64,000 nucleotides of DNA from Botryllus schlosseri (taxonomy: Eukaryota): positions 35,776,001 through 35,840,000 of the forward strand of contig CM119372.1 of the NCBI GenBank assembly GCA_051294905.1. The letters run 5' to 3'. The position numbers were made by a program, and so were the translations under genes. How positions within the stretch are numbered: the first letter of the stretch is position 1; the number at the start of each line of letters is the position of its first letter. The notes under the pieces are model-generated. The model had not been told where the DNA came from and made no database searches. It was given only the letters and a program-made list of their open reading frames with translations. This document shows, piece after piece, positions 1-12,872 of this stretch.

Positions 1-748
1 CTCGGCCATGGCCAGGGTAACAATAACAGTTACAATAACATTACCTAACATTAACCCTAACCTAACCCTAATCATAACCCTAACCTAATCCTAACCTAAT
101 CTTGACCCTAACCTAACCCTAATCCTAACCTAACCTTAATCATAACCCTAACCTAACCCTAATCCTAACCCTAAAATAACCCTCACCCCAACCCTAACCT
201 AACCCTAATCATAACCCAAATCATAACCCTAACCTCCTAATCACTTGATAATAATATAATTATGTAATATAATTCACATTAATAGTTGATAATACAACTT
301 TACACAAAATTCTCCGAGGGCCGAATATACCGGTTGAATTCGGTCCTCAGTAAATTCGGGACCGTATATATCCGCGTTATCTCCCGTGACTGTGTGATAT
401 ACGCATACCCTGGCCTCCAAATCACTCGATAATAATATAATTATGTAATTCATTCACATTAATAGTTGGTAATACAATTTTATACAAAATTCTCCTAGGG
501 GCGAATTTACCGAGTAAATTCGGCCATCGGTAAATTCGGATCCGTGAATATCCGCGCTATCTCCCACGATTACGCGATCTACGCATACCCTGACATCCAA
601 ATCACTTAATAATAGTATAATTATGTAATTAATTCATGTTAACGGTTAGTAATACATTTTAATACAATATTCTCGGAGGGCAGAATTTACCGAGGTCATG
701 GCCGAATTCACTGGCCGAATTTACCGAGGGCCGAATTTACTGGCAACC
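1..748. mobile_element. Non-autonomous DNA element (left part outside window) with degenerate (TAACCC)n tract and ~180-bp internal tandem repeats
   Basis: TAACCC-like tract ~50-238. Repeat units start at 239, 420 and 600. Repeated GGCCGAATTTAC subterminal motifs end in GGCAACC at 748. Confidence 0.6.
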
Positions 749-852
749 ATACGGACATACGGTACTATAGTAGCAACGCAATTCGTAAATAAACAGTTAC
801 ACGCACGAAACACATGCACTAGTGAGAATTCTCATGTTTAAATCCCTTTAGT

Positions 853-899
853 GTGCCGTTAACTCCTGAAAAGAGGCACCCGAAAAGTCTTCGAGTTAA
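853..899 (+). ncRNA. Minimal type I hammerhead-like motif, divergent PLE-type family (core variant)
   Basis: TTAACTC-CTGAAAA-G(AGGCACC)C-GAAA-AGTCT-TC-GAGTTAA. Helix I is 7 bp. Upstream GTGCC (853-857) is complementary to loop II GGCAC. The core reads CUGAAAA instead of CUGANGA. Confidence 0.6.
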
Positions 900-992
900 T
901 AAATATTATTATACAATGGATATTGTATTGAAAGCTATAATGATCATACAATTCGATAAACAGAAATACAATATACAATTGAATAGTGTAGC

Positions 993-2379
993 CAGTGGTT
1001 CTCAACCGCCGGTCCGCGGACCGGTGCCGGTCCGTGACGACGTTCCTGCCGGTCCGCCAAGCATATTAGAATTTTATACTTTAATTTCAAGATGCAATGT
1101 TGAAGGCTTGTTCATTGATAAAATAAATAAAACAGCAAATTTTAAACTGATTGATAACTTCCTGAGGTAACATAAGGGCTGGAAACATGTTCGATTTGAC
1201 TTAAAGTTCAAGACGTGTCATTTGACGATATGCGAGCGACAAGTACACAGAACAGATACGAGCCGACTCAACGCTAAACAGCGCAGTTTGATCATTGGTT
1301 TTCGATTCATTCATCTTGTGCAGGACCGTAACTGGGGCACCACAAACCGCCCAATTGGAGAGGGGCCGAGCTTGAATAGGGCTCATAATTATTTCGCAAA
1401 TGAACATAAATCACAGAATATTTATTTGAAACTTTTTCTAACATTTTTTAATTTCTTTTCGCGCTTTTCACGATTTAGTATCCCTAAATGTCTTGCTTAT
1501 TAGGTGACCTTTTCTGGGAAATACGCAATGATTTATTGGTATTTTGGCATCAGCCATTACCACGCCACGACGCACCAACACATAATCAAGCTTAGGTTAA
1601 CATGGGACTCCTAAAGAAGGGCCAAAAATTTGGCCACGAGAAAACTGCTTCACTCGTGAATGATCGAAAACTTTCTATATTGGCGCAATTAAGCTACGTA
1701 AACCCTCTGCTTACGCTGAGTAGAATGGGTGTGCTCACAAGTACAGGTGAAAACATCTACTCAATAATAGGGTCTTGGGGTGAAGCCCCCGGAAGTTTGA
1801 CTTATCGCCCTGTGGGGATCCCAAGACCAGCGTCTTTGGGGATGGGCCAACGAAGTGCTTTTTCGGCTCGGATTTGCGGATGGGTGGTATAGCTGCTGTA
1901 ATGTGTTTTCTTGCAGCACGCATTGTATTCGTATAGGTAGTTGTCAGAGTAGCCTGCGTCTGGTGGCAGTGGGCAATGAGCAATGTAGCACGACAAGGTG
2001 CTTGGTTCGACTACGATACGCTTCATCGCTCGATATTGTCAAAGAGAAGAATATTATTAGAGTTGGCGTGGTCGGTTGAACCGACGGCCTTCGGCGCGAA
2101 AGACTGTAAAGGACTCTCGGCGGTAGCACGTTTATCTGGACAAGGCAATTTTACCTCGACTCGGCAGACTCACTACCATAAAATCACATGGATGCCATCA
2201 TGAATATCATTAAATACGATAAAAACCCTCTAAATATCGCTCTCTAGCACCATATAATTGCAGAAAACGGTTGCATACTTTACATTTTGGCTTCATTTCA
2301 ATTTTGAAAGTTCACCGGTCCCCCAGACATTTTTTGAAATTTTACCGGTCCGCGAGGTGAAAAAGGTTGAGAACCACTG
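993..2379. mobile_element. hAT (Charlie/Buster-type) non-autonomous element, containing a truncated family-A MITE (1321-~1870)
   Basis: TIRs CAGTGGTTCTCAACC / GGTTGAGAACCACTG. Near-TSD GTGTAG(A)C. The interior is homologous to ~10486-11385, which lacks the 1321 insert. Confidence 0.85.
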
Positions 2380-2403
2380 GTGTAGACTATTCATATCGAA
2401 ATG

Positions 2404-2448
2404 AATCCGAATGTATTCGGTTGACACTCGTCAGGGATAATCGTCAGC
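2404..2448 (-). ncRNA. Degenerate PLE hammerhead motif
   Basis: GCTGAC..ATCC-CTGACGA-G(TGTCAAC)C-GAAT-ACAT-TC-GGAT. Helix I is covaried (ATCC/GGAT) and GAAA is changed to GAAT. Confidence 0.7.
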
Positions 2449-2706
2449 AATTGTCAACAATTGGAAAGAACAATCGAGACGACCGATTTCGAATCGTAGG
2501 TCGAGGTCGTTCACAATTCCATTTGTGTGCCTTGGAATCAACTTTTATCAAAATACACCAACCAAAACTCTGTCAACAAAAGGAGTTCGTGTATCACCTA
2601 AAAATAGTACATTGAACGTTCTCTCATTCGAAATTTCATGCTGGTGACGTTATATTTTGTGATACGATTGTTGATATACAATGTTCTTTCCAACTCTCTA
2701 CTAGTT

Positions 2707-2750
2707 GCTGACGATTACCCCTGACGAGTGTCAGCCGAAAATATTCGGGT
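2707..2750 (+). ncRNA. Minimal type I hammerhead ribozyme in PLE pLTR, intact core
   Basis: ACCC-CTGACGA-G(TGTCAGC)C-GAAA-ATAT-TC-GGGT. Helix III is the palindrome AATATT. Predicted cleavage is after C2746. 5' GCTGAC (2707-2712) pairs with loop II GTCAGC. Confidence 0.85.
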
Positions 2751-3981
2751 TCATTTCAATATGAATATACTATTTAATTGTATATTGAAGTTCTGTACCT
2801 CCAAGAAGCTCTTCAAAGAACAATGTATAAAAACAATCTTATTGCAAAATATGACGTCACCGGCATGGAATTTCGAACAATCGGAGCAAGAGTAGTAAAC
2901 GTAAGCCGTGTGACTCAGAGAGAGATTTGATCTGGAAATTAATGGCAATCTCTCCCGTAGAGCGTTCGAAGCTATTATGACTCCATAATTAAGTGTTGTA
3001 GCGGATAAAGGGGCATCGCAACTAGGGCAGAAACGTTAAAAGCACAAAGACCGAACTGTTTGGGTAGAAAAATATGAGGTTGTATCGCGAGCAGGCAGGG
3101 AAGCCTGTGTACAATTGGGAATTGAGTCATCGCGAGATTATACGGGATGCTCGAAAATGCCTTTCTCCAAATTGAAAGACTTTACAAAAGATAAAAAGGA
3201 CGCTGCCGTAATAATTCAGCATTGCCAGTGAATTGTCATAGTGATATCTGCATTAGTTCTAATTATAGTTCTATAGTTGGGATTTTGAAAAGTGACTAGT
3301 TTTAGCTCTAGTTCTAGGTTCGGAATTTAAGAAGTCAGGAGATCTAGTTCTAGCTGTGGTTGCACATTCGAAAAACAATTAGTTGCCGAACAATTAAAAA
3401 ACACGTTTGGCGTGAGTTGTGATACCGGTGTTCTGTTGTGTGATGTTTTTGCAACCATTGCGAGATCAGAGTCATCAGTGGCGTAGCCATAGAGGGTGGG
3501 TTTACGGGGTCGAAACCCCTCCCATTACATACTCGAAACCAGGTCTTTTTGAAATATCGAATAAATGTGTTGCGTCAAAGAATGAAATCTCGTTCAGTAT
3601 AATTCTTGATGACCTGGGAACCCGTTCGCACGTCTGCAAGCTTTCGGGGAACCCCTGATTTTCACTTGCGGTCACAAAAACATAAAACTACGACATTGCA
3701 CATCCAACTATACACATTTGATACATTACTTGTGCGTGAACATTGTTCGAGATCCATTGACATAGTTAGCTTTGTTTTACTCAATTGGTGATAGTCCCGT
3801 TGAGTAGTTGTAGTTCTAGCTGTGCATTTTGAAGATGCAGTTGTTTGTACGATTCTGCACCTGGTGTTCCCTAATCCTGACCATTACCGAGTCCTATACC
3901 CGCTAGCGCCAGAGTCACCCTTGACCACTAACCCCAGTCATCAGCAAACCTCAAACCTCAAACCGTAAACTACCTCTAACC

Positions 3982-5172
3982 CAGAGGTCTCAAACTCAAA
4001 CGTGCTCGCGGGCCAATTCCCTGCTTTTTGATGACGCCGCAGGCCGCAGCATCAAGGGATATTCAATATATAGTTTCCAATTAGGACCTATTTACCAGGA
4101 CCTTGTACACAGGCATTCCACAACATCGTGGAAATGTAATTCACTATTGTAGGCCTACTATCCATGCTTGATGCGGGAAAAGCTACATTTTCAAATATTT
4201 GAATGAAATTGTTTTTGTGCCGGGCATAATTTGTTAAAATAATGAGTTATAGACATCACGCAAGACGACGTATCATGACATCGTAAAACTGTCTGGCTAT
4301 AATATTGCAGCTATTAGACCTCTGACGTGCCACGATTTTATGTAGAATATTTTTAAATCCACTTAAGATTGATCTGATATCAGAGCATTTGAGCGGTGTA
4401 TCCTAATCCTGGTGTTGATATAGTCGTGATAATTAGGCTATTGTTACTGTCATTGCCACATTCAAATTAAATCAGCGTTAGATTTTGCCTTCCACTATTA
4501 TTGAAACGTATCAATAACATCTTAAATATATTAATTATTGAGCCATAGCAATATAGCATTGCTTCTTAATCTTTTTAGCGATCGTACCCCATTGATGCTT
4601 CCGAAAAGATTTCTCGTAGCCCCCGTCCATTTTAATCACAATTTCTGATGGTAACTATATTAAAATCAGAAAGACCATTCACAAAAAATCGTGGGTAGCA
4701 TGAAGACTATTTTCCATGACAGTTTCATAGATTGTTGCGTCTGTAGGATTACCAACTCACCGCTGCGAGTCGCAGGTCCTTCTCTGATTTTAACGTTTGA
4801 CCCAACCCAACTCGAGTCATTTTATTTAATCATCCAATCCATCCGAAATCATGAGATTTTACGAAAGGTCGCGCCAAACCAAATCGAAATTTTAAGTCAC
4901 GAATCATCAACGGGTCATGTTTTATCATCATGAACTAGAAATTTGACGTATTAAGTGATATTATACCGCATGGTAACTTTTAAAAGTGATGTGTTAGTGA
5001 AGTTGGTTGAGAATTCAGTGATTTTAGTAGTAGTTCGGGGTGAACTTCAGAAAAAGAGATATGGCACTTGAATATATTGATGAATACTTGAAATTCTGAA
5101 ATGCCGTCGCGGACCGCACAAAACGTTCTCGCGGGCCGCGGGTTTGAGACCTAGAATACATAAATCGAATTC
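3982..5172. mobile_element. hAT-type MITE with nested fragments
   Basis: Ends CAGAGGTCTCAAAC / GTTTGAGACCT with GCGGGCCGC subterminal motifs. Confidence 0.65.
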
Positions 5173-5915
5173 ACTAAGTGCCGAAGTCAACATGCGCAAT
5201 GTACGTCTCTCATATTCAGTGTAATAATAAGTTGCGTTTAATAATACAATTGATTAGTATAGCGGTCTCTTCGCGCCATGTATTCGAAATTTCATATCGG
5301 TGACGTCATATTTTGTGATACTATCGTATTTTACTATGAAACAGAAAACTGCCGTTTTCCAATAGTTACGTAACGCTCGACTGAATCTAGTCTATTTGGT
5401 CAATCGCAGCGCAACAATCGCAACAATTTACCGTAGATCATATTTACAGATACTCGACTTTGACTTCGAAATTACTACCCAAATCAGTTAGTCGTAATCT
5501 TGAAACTTGCTACCGTGTTAGATGACATCATTAATACGTACAATTTGAAAGCTAGTCGCTCATCTGCGTATGCAACACAATCAAAATCCACATATACCGC
5601 CACCGGCTTTTGCAAAAAATCCTTTACGCACTATAGGCTGCGCGCACCGTGCATATACATTGTACACAGTACACATACTCGACACAAATTGACTCGAGTC
5701 GAGTCGAGTCATTTTTCGTTTTCAAGAAAATGACTCGAGTCAAGTCGAGTCACCAAAAATCGCGACCCTAGTCATTGCAGCCCTGGTTAGATCGCATACA
5801 ATGAAAATATGCCATACAAAATTGGACGTATTGAACACCGCCAAACTCTGGACAGGGCAATACCGACATTGGCGTAAAATATATTACGCAATAGCTCACT
5901 TTACGCACACCTTAA

Positions 5916-8900
5916 AGGTCAACTATATCGACCAAAACAACTTTGGCTCATTTTGTAGAGTTTTTTATGCTGATTCCAATAATATACATCCTAACTTCTA
6001 AAATTACGTATTTTCTGAGATATCGCAGTGCAAACTGCCGACCTCTGAGAAACGGCTGTAAAATCAGCAACCGTGTCGATGACGTACTACCATGAGGATT
6101 TTGCCGATACATGGAACACTGAATGGGATGTCCAAGTCAATCGTTGGCAGCACCGTAACTGCCGCACCCCTAACCCCCCAATTGGGGGGGGCCCGAGCTC
6201 GAAGGGGGCCCCAAATTATTTCGTGAATTAGCATAAATTATAGAGTATTTTTTGAAAATTTATGCAATTTTTCCCAAAATTTTTCGCGCTATGCGCGATT
6301 TAAAGTTACCAAATATCTTGATTATTTGGTACTCTTCCCCCAAGAAAAAACACGCAAGATTTATAGAAATGGACATATCGGTGTTGGCCATTAAAACCGC
6401 CACTACTCACCAAGATATATAACGATTTAGGACTTATTACATGCGACTTCAAGAAGTGTGCCAGAACGATCGGCAGCGCGAAAAGCTTGGCCGAAACGGA
6501 CTGCCCTTACGCAGACCGAAAACTTCGTTATATATACAAAATATTAGGTTTAATTGTCCATAGGCGCCTAAATGACTGGCGCCATATGTTCCTGTCTTGG
6601 CAATCTGAACCTCAGAAGACAAATACCATCCAGCAGGAAAAAAATATGCCAGTGAAGAAATACCAATTTGAAATCGTGTGCGTCTTTTAGTTTAGTACGT
6701 TCGAGCGATTCTATATTTTTGATACAGCAGACAGGAGGTCACGAAATAAAATCATGTAACGAAGTCATACCAACGGGTCCGCCCGCCCGAAGATGTTTAA
6801 TTATTATTTACGGGCCCTACAGTTTCCGGTAAATCTGATAACGTGAGCAGAGAGAACAAGATATTAATAGCAATAGATATGCAATTCCCGATCTTATTGG
6901 CCGATTGTATCATGAATTATCGAAAATTTTCGCGCTTCGCGCTGGCTCACTAAACAGTGCAGCTAATTTCGTGGCTAAAGCGAACACTGTGATGGCGGGT
7001 CGGTTTATCACCCTATGAGAACCCAAAACCCAAGTTTTTGTGGGGCGGGGGGGTGGGGCTGACGAAGTGCTGTTTCGTTCCTGCCAACGGGTATACTCTC
7101 GAAGATGTCTAATTATTATTGGGCGGTCCTACGTTTTAAAACAGACCTCGCTCAGCTCTACCGGTAAATCTGATTACGTGAGCATTGAGAGGATCAAAAT
7201 TGATAGCAATATATATGTAATTCCCGATCATATTGCCCGATTCAATCATGAATTCTGAAATTTTTCGCGCTTCGCGCGTCTAGGCGGGAAAAGTTGTCTC
7301 ACCGAACGGAGACGCAACGGAAATGTCAAATAGCGTCAAAAAGCGGATAGCCAAAGGGGGTCTGGGGGGCGAAGCCCCCCAGAAGTTAGGTTTATCACAT
7401 CATGGGGGGCCCAAGGCCAACGTTTTGGGGGGGGGGCCTGACGAAGTGCTGTTACGGCCCTGATCGTTGGTTGTTGTCTTCGCCTAAATTACCTGATGCT
7501 GCGTAGTTTTGATTCGTCATGCCCGACTGGACTATTCAATCTTCATTTTATGGTACTTTAGGTTCTTATAATTTGCGATGGCTTGTGTAGAGGAAGTACA
7601 GAAGCCAACGTGCAAGGCAAGCAGTTCTGTTTCCATCTCATGTATTGATCGCATGGAAACGCCACCTCGGTAAGGACGAGGACGGCTAGCTGCCCCGCAC
7701 TTCAATGAAAACAGATGCAGAGAGCAGAAGAAAAGCAAGTCCGGAAAGACCCTTTTGCAGCCCAATATAAGGAAGGCTGCTGTGCTCACCGATGTACAGT
7801 GTTTTTCAATAAGCTGCTGTAGTCGGAGTAGGAGCACTTTGCCATCACACTTTCTCTACCGCAAAGGATGCTGTACAATAGTGATGAACGACTTCTGGAG
7901 GCACATCTGTCATTCAATCATTGACCAGTTGGCCACGAGGTGTGGCCAGAACCCCCTCCCTTGCTGCTGCACGTGCAAGATTGCAACGAGATCAAGCCAT
8001 ACATCACGATGATGCCGTGTCACGGTACGTAATTATTATTTGAACCTCACTTTTCCCAACAAATTCAGAGTTTTGTAACTTCAAACAACCACCTCTGATC
8101 TAGGCTTACATAAAAAACTCTTGTCCTGCTGCTGGCTTTCACATAGATATTGAACCGGTGTTACAATAAAAATAAAGTAAATGGAGTGTTAGTGACTGTA
8201 TATGATTGAATTTCTGCTGTAAATTATTATTTCAGAAACATTGACAATCCTGGCCGAGGGCATCATGATGGAGCATACCTTAAAAAAAGAAAATTCGCCG
8301 AAGAATCCTGGGAATATCACTTATTCACAGAGATTTATTGAGATAATTTCCTTCTATATTATAATTTTTGCGATTCTGTATTTATTAGAACCCAATAAAA
8401 GCTTTCGACTTTTCTGTATGTATTAGGATCCAGTAAAAGCTTTTGAGTAAAGCCATTTTATTACATACAAAGATAAAGTGGAAGTAGTAGTCTGTAAGAA
8501 CTGATCAGCGACGTCGAAATACTTCGGATCCAGTGCATGCGGCGGAGCTGAATTCCTTTGAGTGAATCTAGTCTGGTCTAGCGTCTCTGAAAATTCAATA
8601 TGTATTAGTCATATGCATCAGTCTTCAAGCTTGGATCGTCAGCATACCACACAATCTTACATGCATGCGTTACACCAATTGTTTTAGACGCGCAAGTCCA
8701 ATCATTTGACCAAACGGTACGGTACTTTCGTCGTCCAGTAATGCCTGATTGTATATACCATTCAATGGCTTACCTATATACGGGAATTCCTCAATAGCGT
8801 CGGAATCAGATTTACTAGACACCGTGTAGCTATCAGTTCAGTCCACAGCTTCACAGGTTGACATTATCCCACTTCAATACATACACCACAGCCGCAGCAT

Positions 8901-9100
8901 CAGAAATCCTCATGGTACTACGTCATCGACATGCTTCATTGATTTTACTACCGTTTTCGTCTGTGGTGGCATTTTACGACTTTCGCTGCTCGATATCTCA
9001 GAAAATACGTAATTTTAGAAGGTATGGTGTATATTTTTGGAATCAGCATGTAAAACTCTACTGAATGAGCCAAAGTTGTTTCGGTCGATATAGTTGACCT
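5916..9100. mobile_element. Kolobok-like DNA transposon (non-autonomous or decayed)
   Basis: TTAA at 5912-5915 and 9101-9104. Imperfect TIRs of >100 bp begin AGGTCAACTATATCGACC. An RR terminus plus TTAA TSD is the Kolobok signature. Confidence 0.75.
6148..7462 (+). mobile_element. hAT MITE family A, full-length copy
   Basis: Termini CAGCACCGTAAC / GTTACGGCCCTG. Perfect 8-bp TSD ATCGTTGG (6140-6147, 7463-7470). Several homologous copies occur in the window. Confidence 0.9.
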
Positions 9101-9249
9101 TTAACATTAAACAAGCAACTTCTAAAACGAAATTACTACACAAACCATCTGAGTGACAACCTTGAAATCTGCCGGTGTTGCTTGCCGAGAGAGATGACGA
9201 GATTGCTCATGGAATATTCGGTTTATGACCTAAACAGTCTGGCTGTAAA

Positions 9250-10480
9250 AAATGTTTAGTTAAAAAAGGAAAACAGAAGAAAAATTAGACGATGGTAGCA
9301 AATGATCAAATTAAGCAATGTCTGGGCGAGGTATAGGGCAACAGTGTTAGTATAACGACAGGAGGTGATCAAGTAGGTCTTTCTTGAATCTATTATAACG
9401 CAATTCACGGATATGTGGTGGTGATGCATTCCAGATGATAGGTCCCGAGTAGTCGATAGATCTCTTAGTTAGGTTGCTATTGGGTTGGGGTAAGTAGATA
9501 CTTCCCTTTGACGAGGATCTCGTGTAATGGGAATGGACATTTTTAGCTGGTATGAAAAAGTCATCAAACACAGGAGGCAGACTATTGGAAAAATATTTGT
9601 GAACAACTGTTGATACTTCGAAGCGATATAGCGTTTTTTTTTATGGTACGTAAAGGTACAGATGAGATCAGCCGTATCGCACGGTTTTGCAGGGTTCGAA
9701 TTCTGCGCAATAATGTTGTGCATGCATTTACCGGTACTACGATTCCATATTGCAGGTGAGAGTGGAAAAGAGAGAAGTAGATGGTCCGTAATACTGATCT
9801 GGAAACCAAAGATTGCAGACGGATCATTATTTCCACACACCGATCTAGTTTTGATATTGTGCATTCAATATGTTGCTTCTAAGACATTTTGGCATCAATC
9901 GTGACGCCGAGATATTTTGCCGAGTCACTTATGGAGATTTGTTTATGATTGATGTTCACAGTGAAATTCTGATTGGCCTTATTTAAAACGAGCATCTTGG
10001 CCTTGTCTGCATTCAAACTGAGTTTGCTTGCTTGCAGCCATCTCGACACATTCGGGAGTTCCCTATTTACAGATGCATGCAAATCATCGACAGTGCTGGA
10101 TGTTATAACGGGGTAAGTATCATCAGCTAATAGGGTTGTGCGGAATAAAGATGCAATAACAATATAATTAGTATAAATGAGGAAAAAATTCGGTCCAAGG
10201 ACTGAGCCGTGTGGCCCTCCACAAGTTATATCTCAAGTGTAGAGTTGCTGCAATACCCCTTATTCCATAGTGTTCTAGTTTGTATTTTAAGACTCTGCGA
10301 TTACCTGTGTCGAAAGCTTTGAGTAGGTCGATGAAAATGCTGCAGTCGCTTTTTTGCTTGATGGTTTTGTTATAGTCCGGTACGATTGATAGTATTGGAT
10401 GGTAGCCTAGGTGTTGTGGTTTGATCTGAATCCATGCTGAGTCGGAGACAGTACTGCATTCAATTCAGAAAATTCTTGAG
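9250..10480 (-). mobile_element. Decayed CR1/L2-group LINE, 3' half of ORF2 (reverse transcriptase)
   Basis: Frameshifted RT motifs QHGFR, DLLKAFDT, GGPHGSVLGP..FLIY, LADDT, LSLNADK and KYLGVTID. C-terminus RFKKDLLDHLLSLY stops at 9347. Confidence 0.85.
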
Positions 10481-10849
10481 TCGGCAGCATGTTCGATTTG
10501 ACTTGTCGTTCAAGCAGTCTCCATCAACGACATGCGAGCGACAAGTATAGTCCTATACGAGCTGACTCGCTAAACCGCGCAGTTCGCACAATCATTCGTT
10601 TTCGATTCATTCATTTTGTGGATGAACCCGGTGTCGCTGTTACCAGGTGTTTTGTTTTCGTACGGCACATTGTATTCGCAGTACGCCTGGTGCTGGGAAA
10701 AGAGCAAGGTGGCATCACTAGGTGCTTGGTCCGACTCCGAAACGCCTCTTCTCTCGAAAAGAAAAGGATTATTCTAGTTGCCGTAGGCGGTTAACCCACG
10801 GCCTTCGGCGCGAGACTTCAGTGGACTATCGGTGGTAGCACGTTTATCT

Positions 10850-11266
10850 TAGGGTAACCATACGTCCTCTTTCACGACGATTTGTCCTCTTTTTCGACGC
10901 TTTTAAAGTGCCCTCGGTGAACCCCCACTCTAGTGTCCTCTTTTTACGAATTTGTACTCTTTTTTGAAAATTTAGGTTAAAATTCGACTGAGATATAGGA
11001 AATCAGTAGTCAAGTCACGTTCAGGCGGGTATTTCGGGAGTTGAGCCGGAAAGTTGACATTTTTTTAGTCAACCAGCAGAGAATTCAACTAAAGTGAATA
11101 TTTCTGTAATCGAGTCGGAAAAATGACCTTTTTTATTTATTTTTTAGTCAACCAATCACAAAGACGGAAGGAATTTACAATTTTTCCCTATTTTAGTCCA
11201 GTGTTGTAAGTCTGAAAATTTTGAAAAAGTGTCCTCTTTTCAGATTTCCAAAATATGTTAACCCTA
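10850..11266. mobile_element. hAT MITE
   Basis: TAGGGTAACCATA / TATGTTAACCCTA termini. TSD GTTTATCT/GTATATCT. The empty site is visible in the homolog near 2130. Confidence 0.8.
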
Positions 11267-11669
11267 GTATATCTGGGCAAGGCGATTTTACCTCGCCTCA
11301 ACAGACTCACCACCGTAAAATTTCATGGATATCATCATGAACGTATTTGACTACGAACAAAACCCTCAAATCTCACTCTCTATTACATGGGGTTCTCTTC
11401 CCGTGGCTCCACGGGCCGCATGCGGCCCGCAGACGCTTCTTTTGCGACTCGCAGCATCTTTCATCACGAAAGCAATTACTGCTGATATGGTTTTGTTACA
11501 TATCAATTTAGCTATGAAGAGATGGTGTGAGCCCATAAAAGGTTCAGGTTCGCGTGAACGCGAACCTTTATGAAAAGTTCTGTGTGAACGCAAACGTAAA
11601 CCTCATGACGTTAAGTGACGTCATGGTGCAGATTCCAACCCTACATTTCAGTGAAGTGATAGCCTATAT

Positions 11670-12762
11670 TAGGGTTGCCATATTTTTGCGAAGCAAATTC
11701 CGGACACGCTTTAGCGCCCACTAGCGGATTTTATAATGAGATGTAACACATTGACGGTCAATATGACGTCACAATAGCAAAACAATGCCCATCGACTGTA
11801 TACACTATACAGGAATGAAGTGGAACATAGGTCATGAATTTGGCCATCTGTAATGCAAGCTCTGGTGATTGCTACTTGCTAGGGTTTGCCATAGATTCCT
11901 CCTCGGGCCTGATGAAATCATCTGGCGGGCAGTGTCTGGCCTGTCAGGATTGTGTTTGACAGCTCTGCTATACAGTTAGGTCGGTGCGGCTATCTGTTTA
12001 TGTGTTTTAATCAGGCCCGAAACAACATTTTTTTATCCCCCCCCCCTTCCGCCCCAAAAGCACTGATCTTGCGCCCACCATTTAGCTGTTAAATTTTAAG
12101 TATGAATTCTGTCAATAATATTGATTCTTCGATATATTAGGCTACTATAGAATGCAACATCAGGTTGCACATCCGGTGATTACCAACCTTTTATGCTCGC
12201 GACCTCATTTCCCACTTGAAAATGTTCCGTGGCAAAGCTCAAAACTTGATGAGCTGATTATTAAAAAAAAAAAAATTCAGCTTGCACAAACTCACTCACG
12301 GCCTAGGAAGCTGATTACGTCAAACATCATCGCGATCTCCAGATCGTGGCGGACGGCCCCAAGATTGGGAACCACTGTCTGTGATTGAAGCATCCAATCG
12401 GCCTTAACCAACTCTAGGAATATACCGTTAGCTTATAATTGCGATTACAATCGGACTTATTTGAGTAAATAATGGTTATTTATATTTATTTTGATTGCAT
12501 TTTTGGCGAGGGTGGTGCCTGGAGCCAATACTAATATCATTATACGTTGCATTAATTCGCGCGCGGCACGAAGAACAATTTTGAAAGCATAAATCGGCTT
12601 GAAAATAATATTGTTTATGTTGATTTACGAAAAACTTTTTCGCCTGCTTCAAGCCTTCAAAATTCCGAACATTTTGGCATATTTTAGAAATTCCTCCCGG
12701 ACGCAGATTTTTCAGTGAAATTCCGGACATGTCTGGGAAATTCCGGATGTATGGCAATCCTA
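11670..12762. mobile_element. hAT MITE
   Basis: TAGGGTTGCCATA / TATGGCAATCCTA TIRs. Perfect 8-bp TSD GCCTATAT. Confidence 0.88.
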
Positions 12763-12872
12763 GCCTATATCAATGTACACGATACCTAGCGACGACTCGG
12801 GCCACATAATGCCATAATGCTGAAGTACATATTGACGTTTTAAACGTCGTCAAATATATCAACTGGGGCAAT

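Larger units (their letters stand above)
960..2885 (+). mobile_element. Penelope-like element remnant: inverted pLTR piece, GIY-YIG C-terminus, pLTR, and a further inverted pLTR piece
   Basis: ~2470-2615 encodes ...RGRSQFHLCALESTFIKIHQPKLCQQKEFVYHLKIVH, matching the end of the PLE ORF at 62512. Hammerheads lie at 2404-2448 (-) and 2707-2750 (+). ~2813-2880 is the reverse complement of ~2625-2690. The element is interrupted by the hAT MITE at 993-2379. Confidence 0.8.

Noticed and set aside
50..238. True telomere
   Set aside because: The repeats are degenerate and embedded between element-like sequences.
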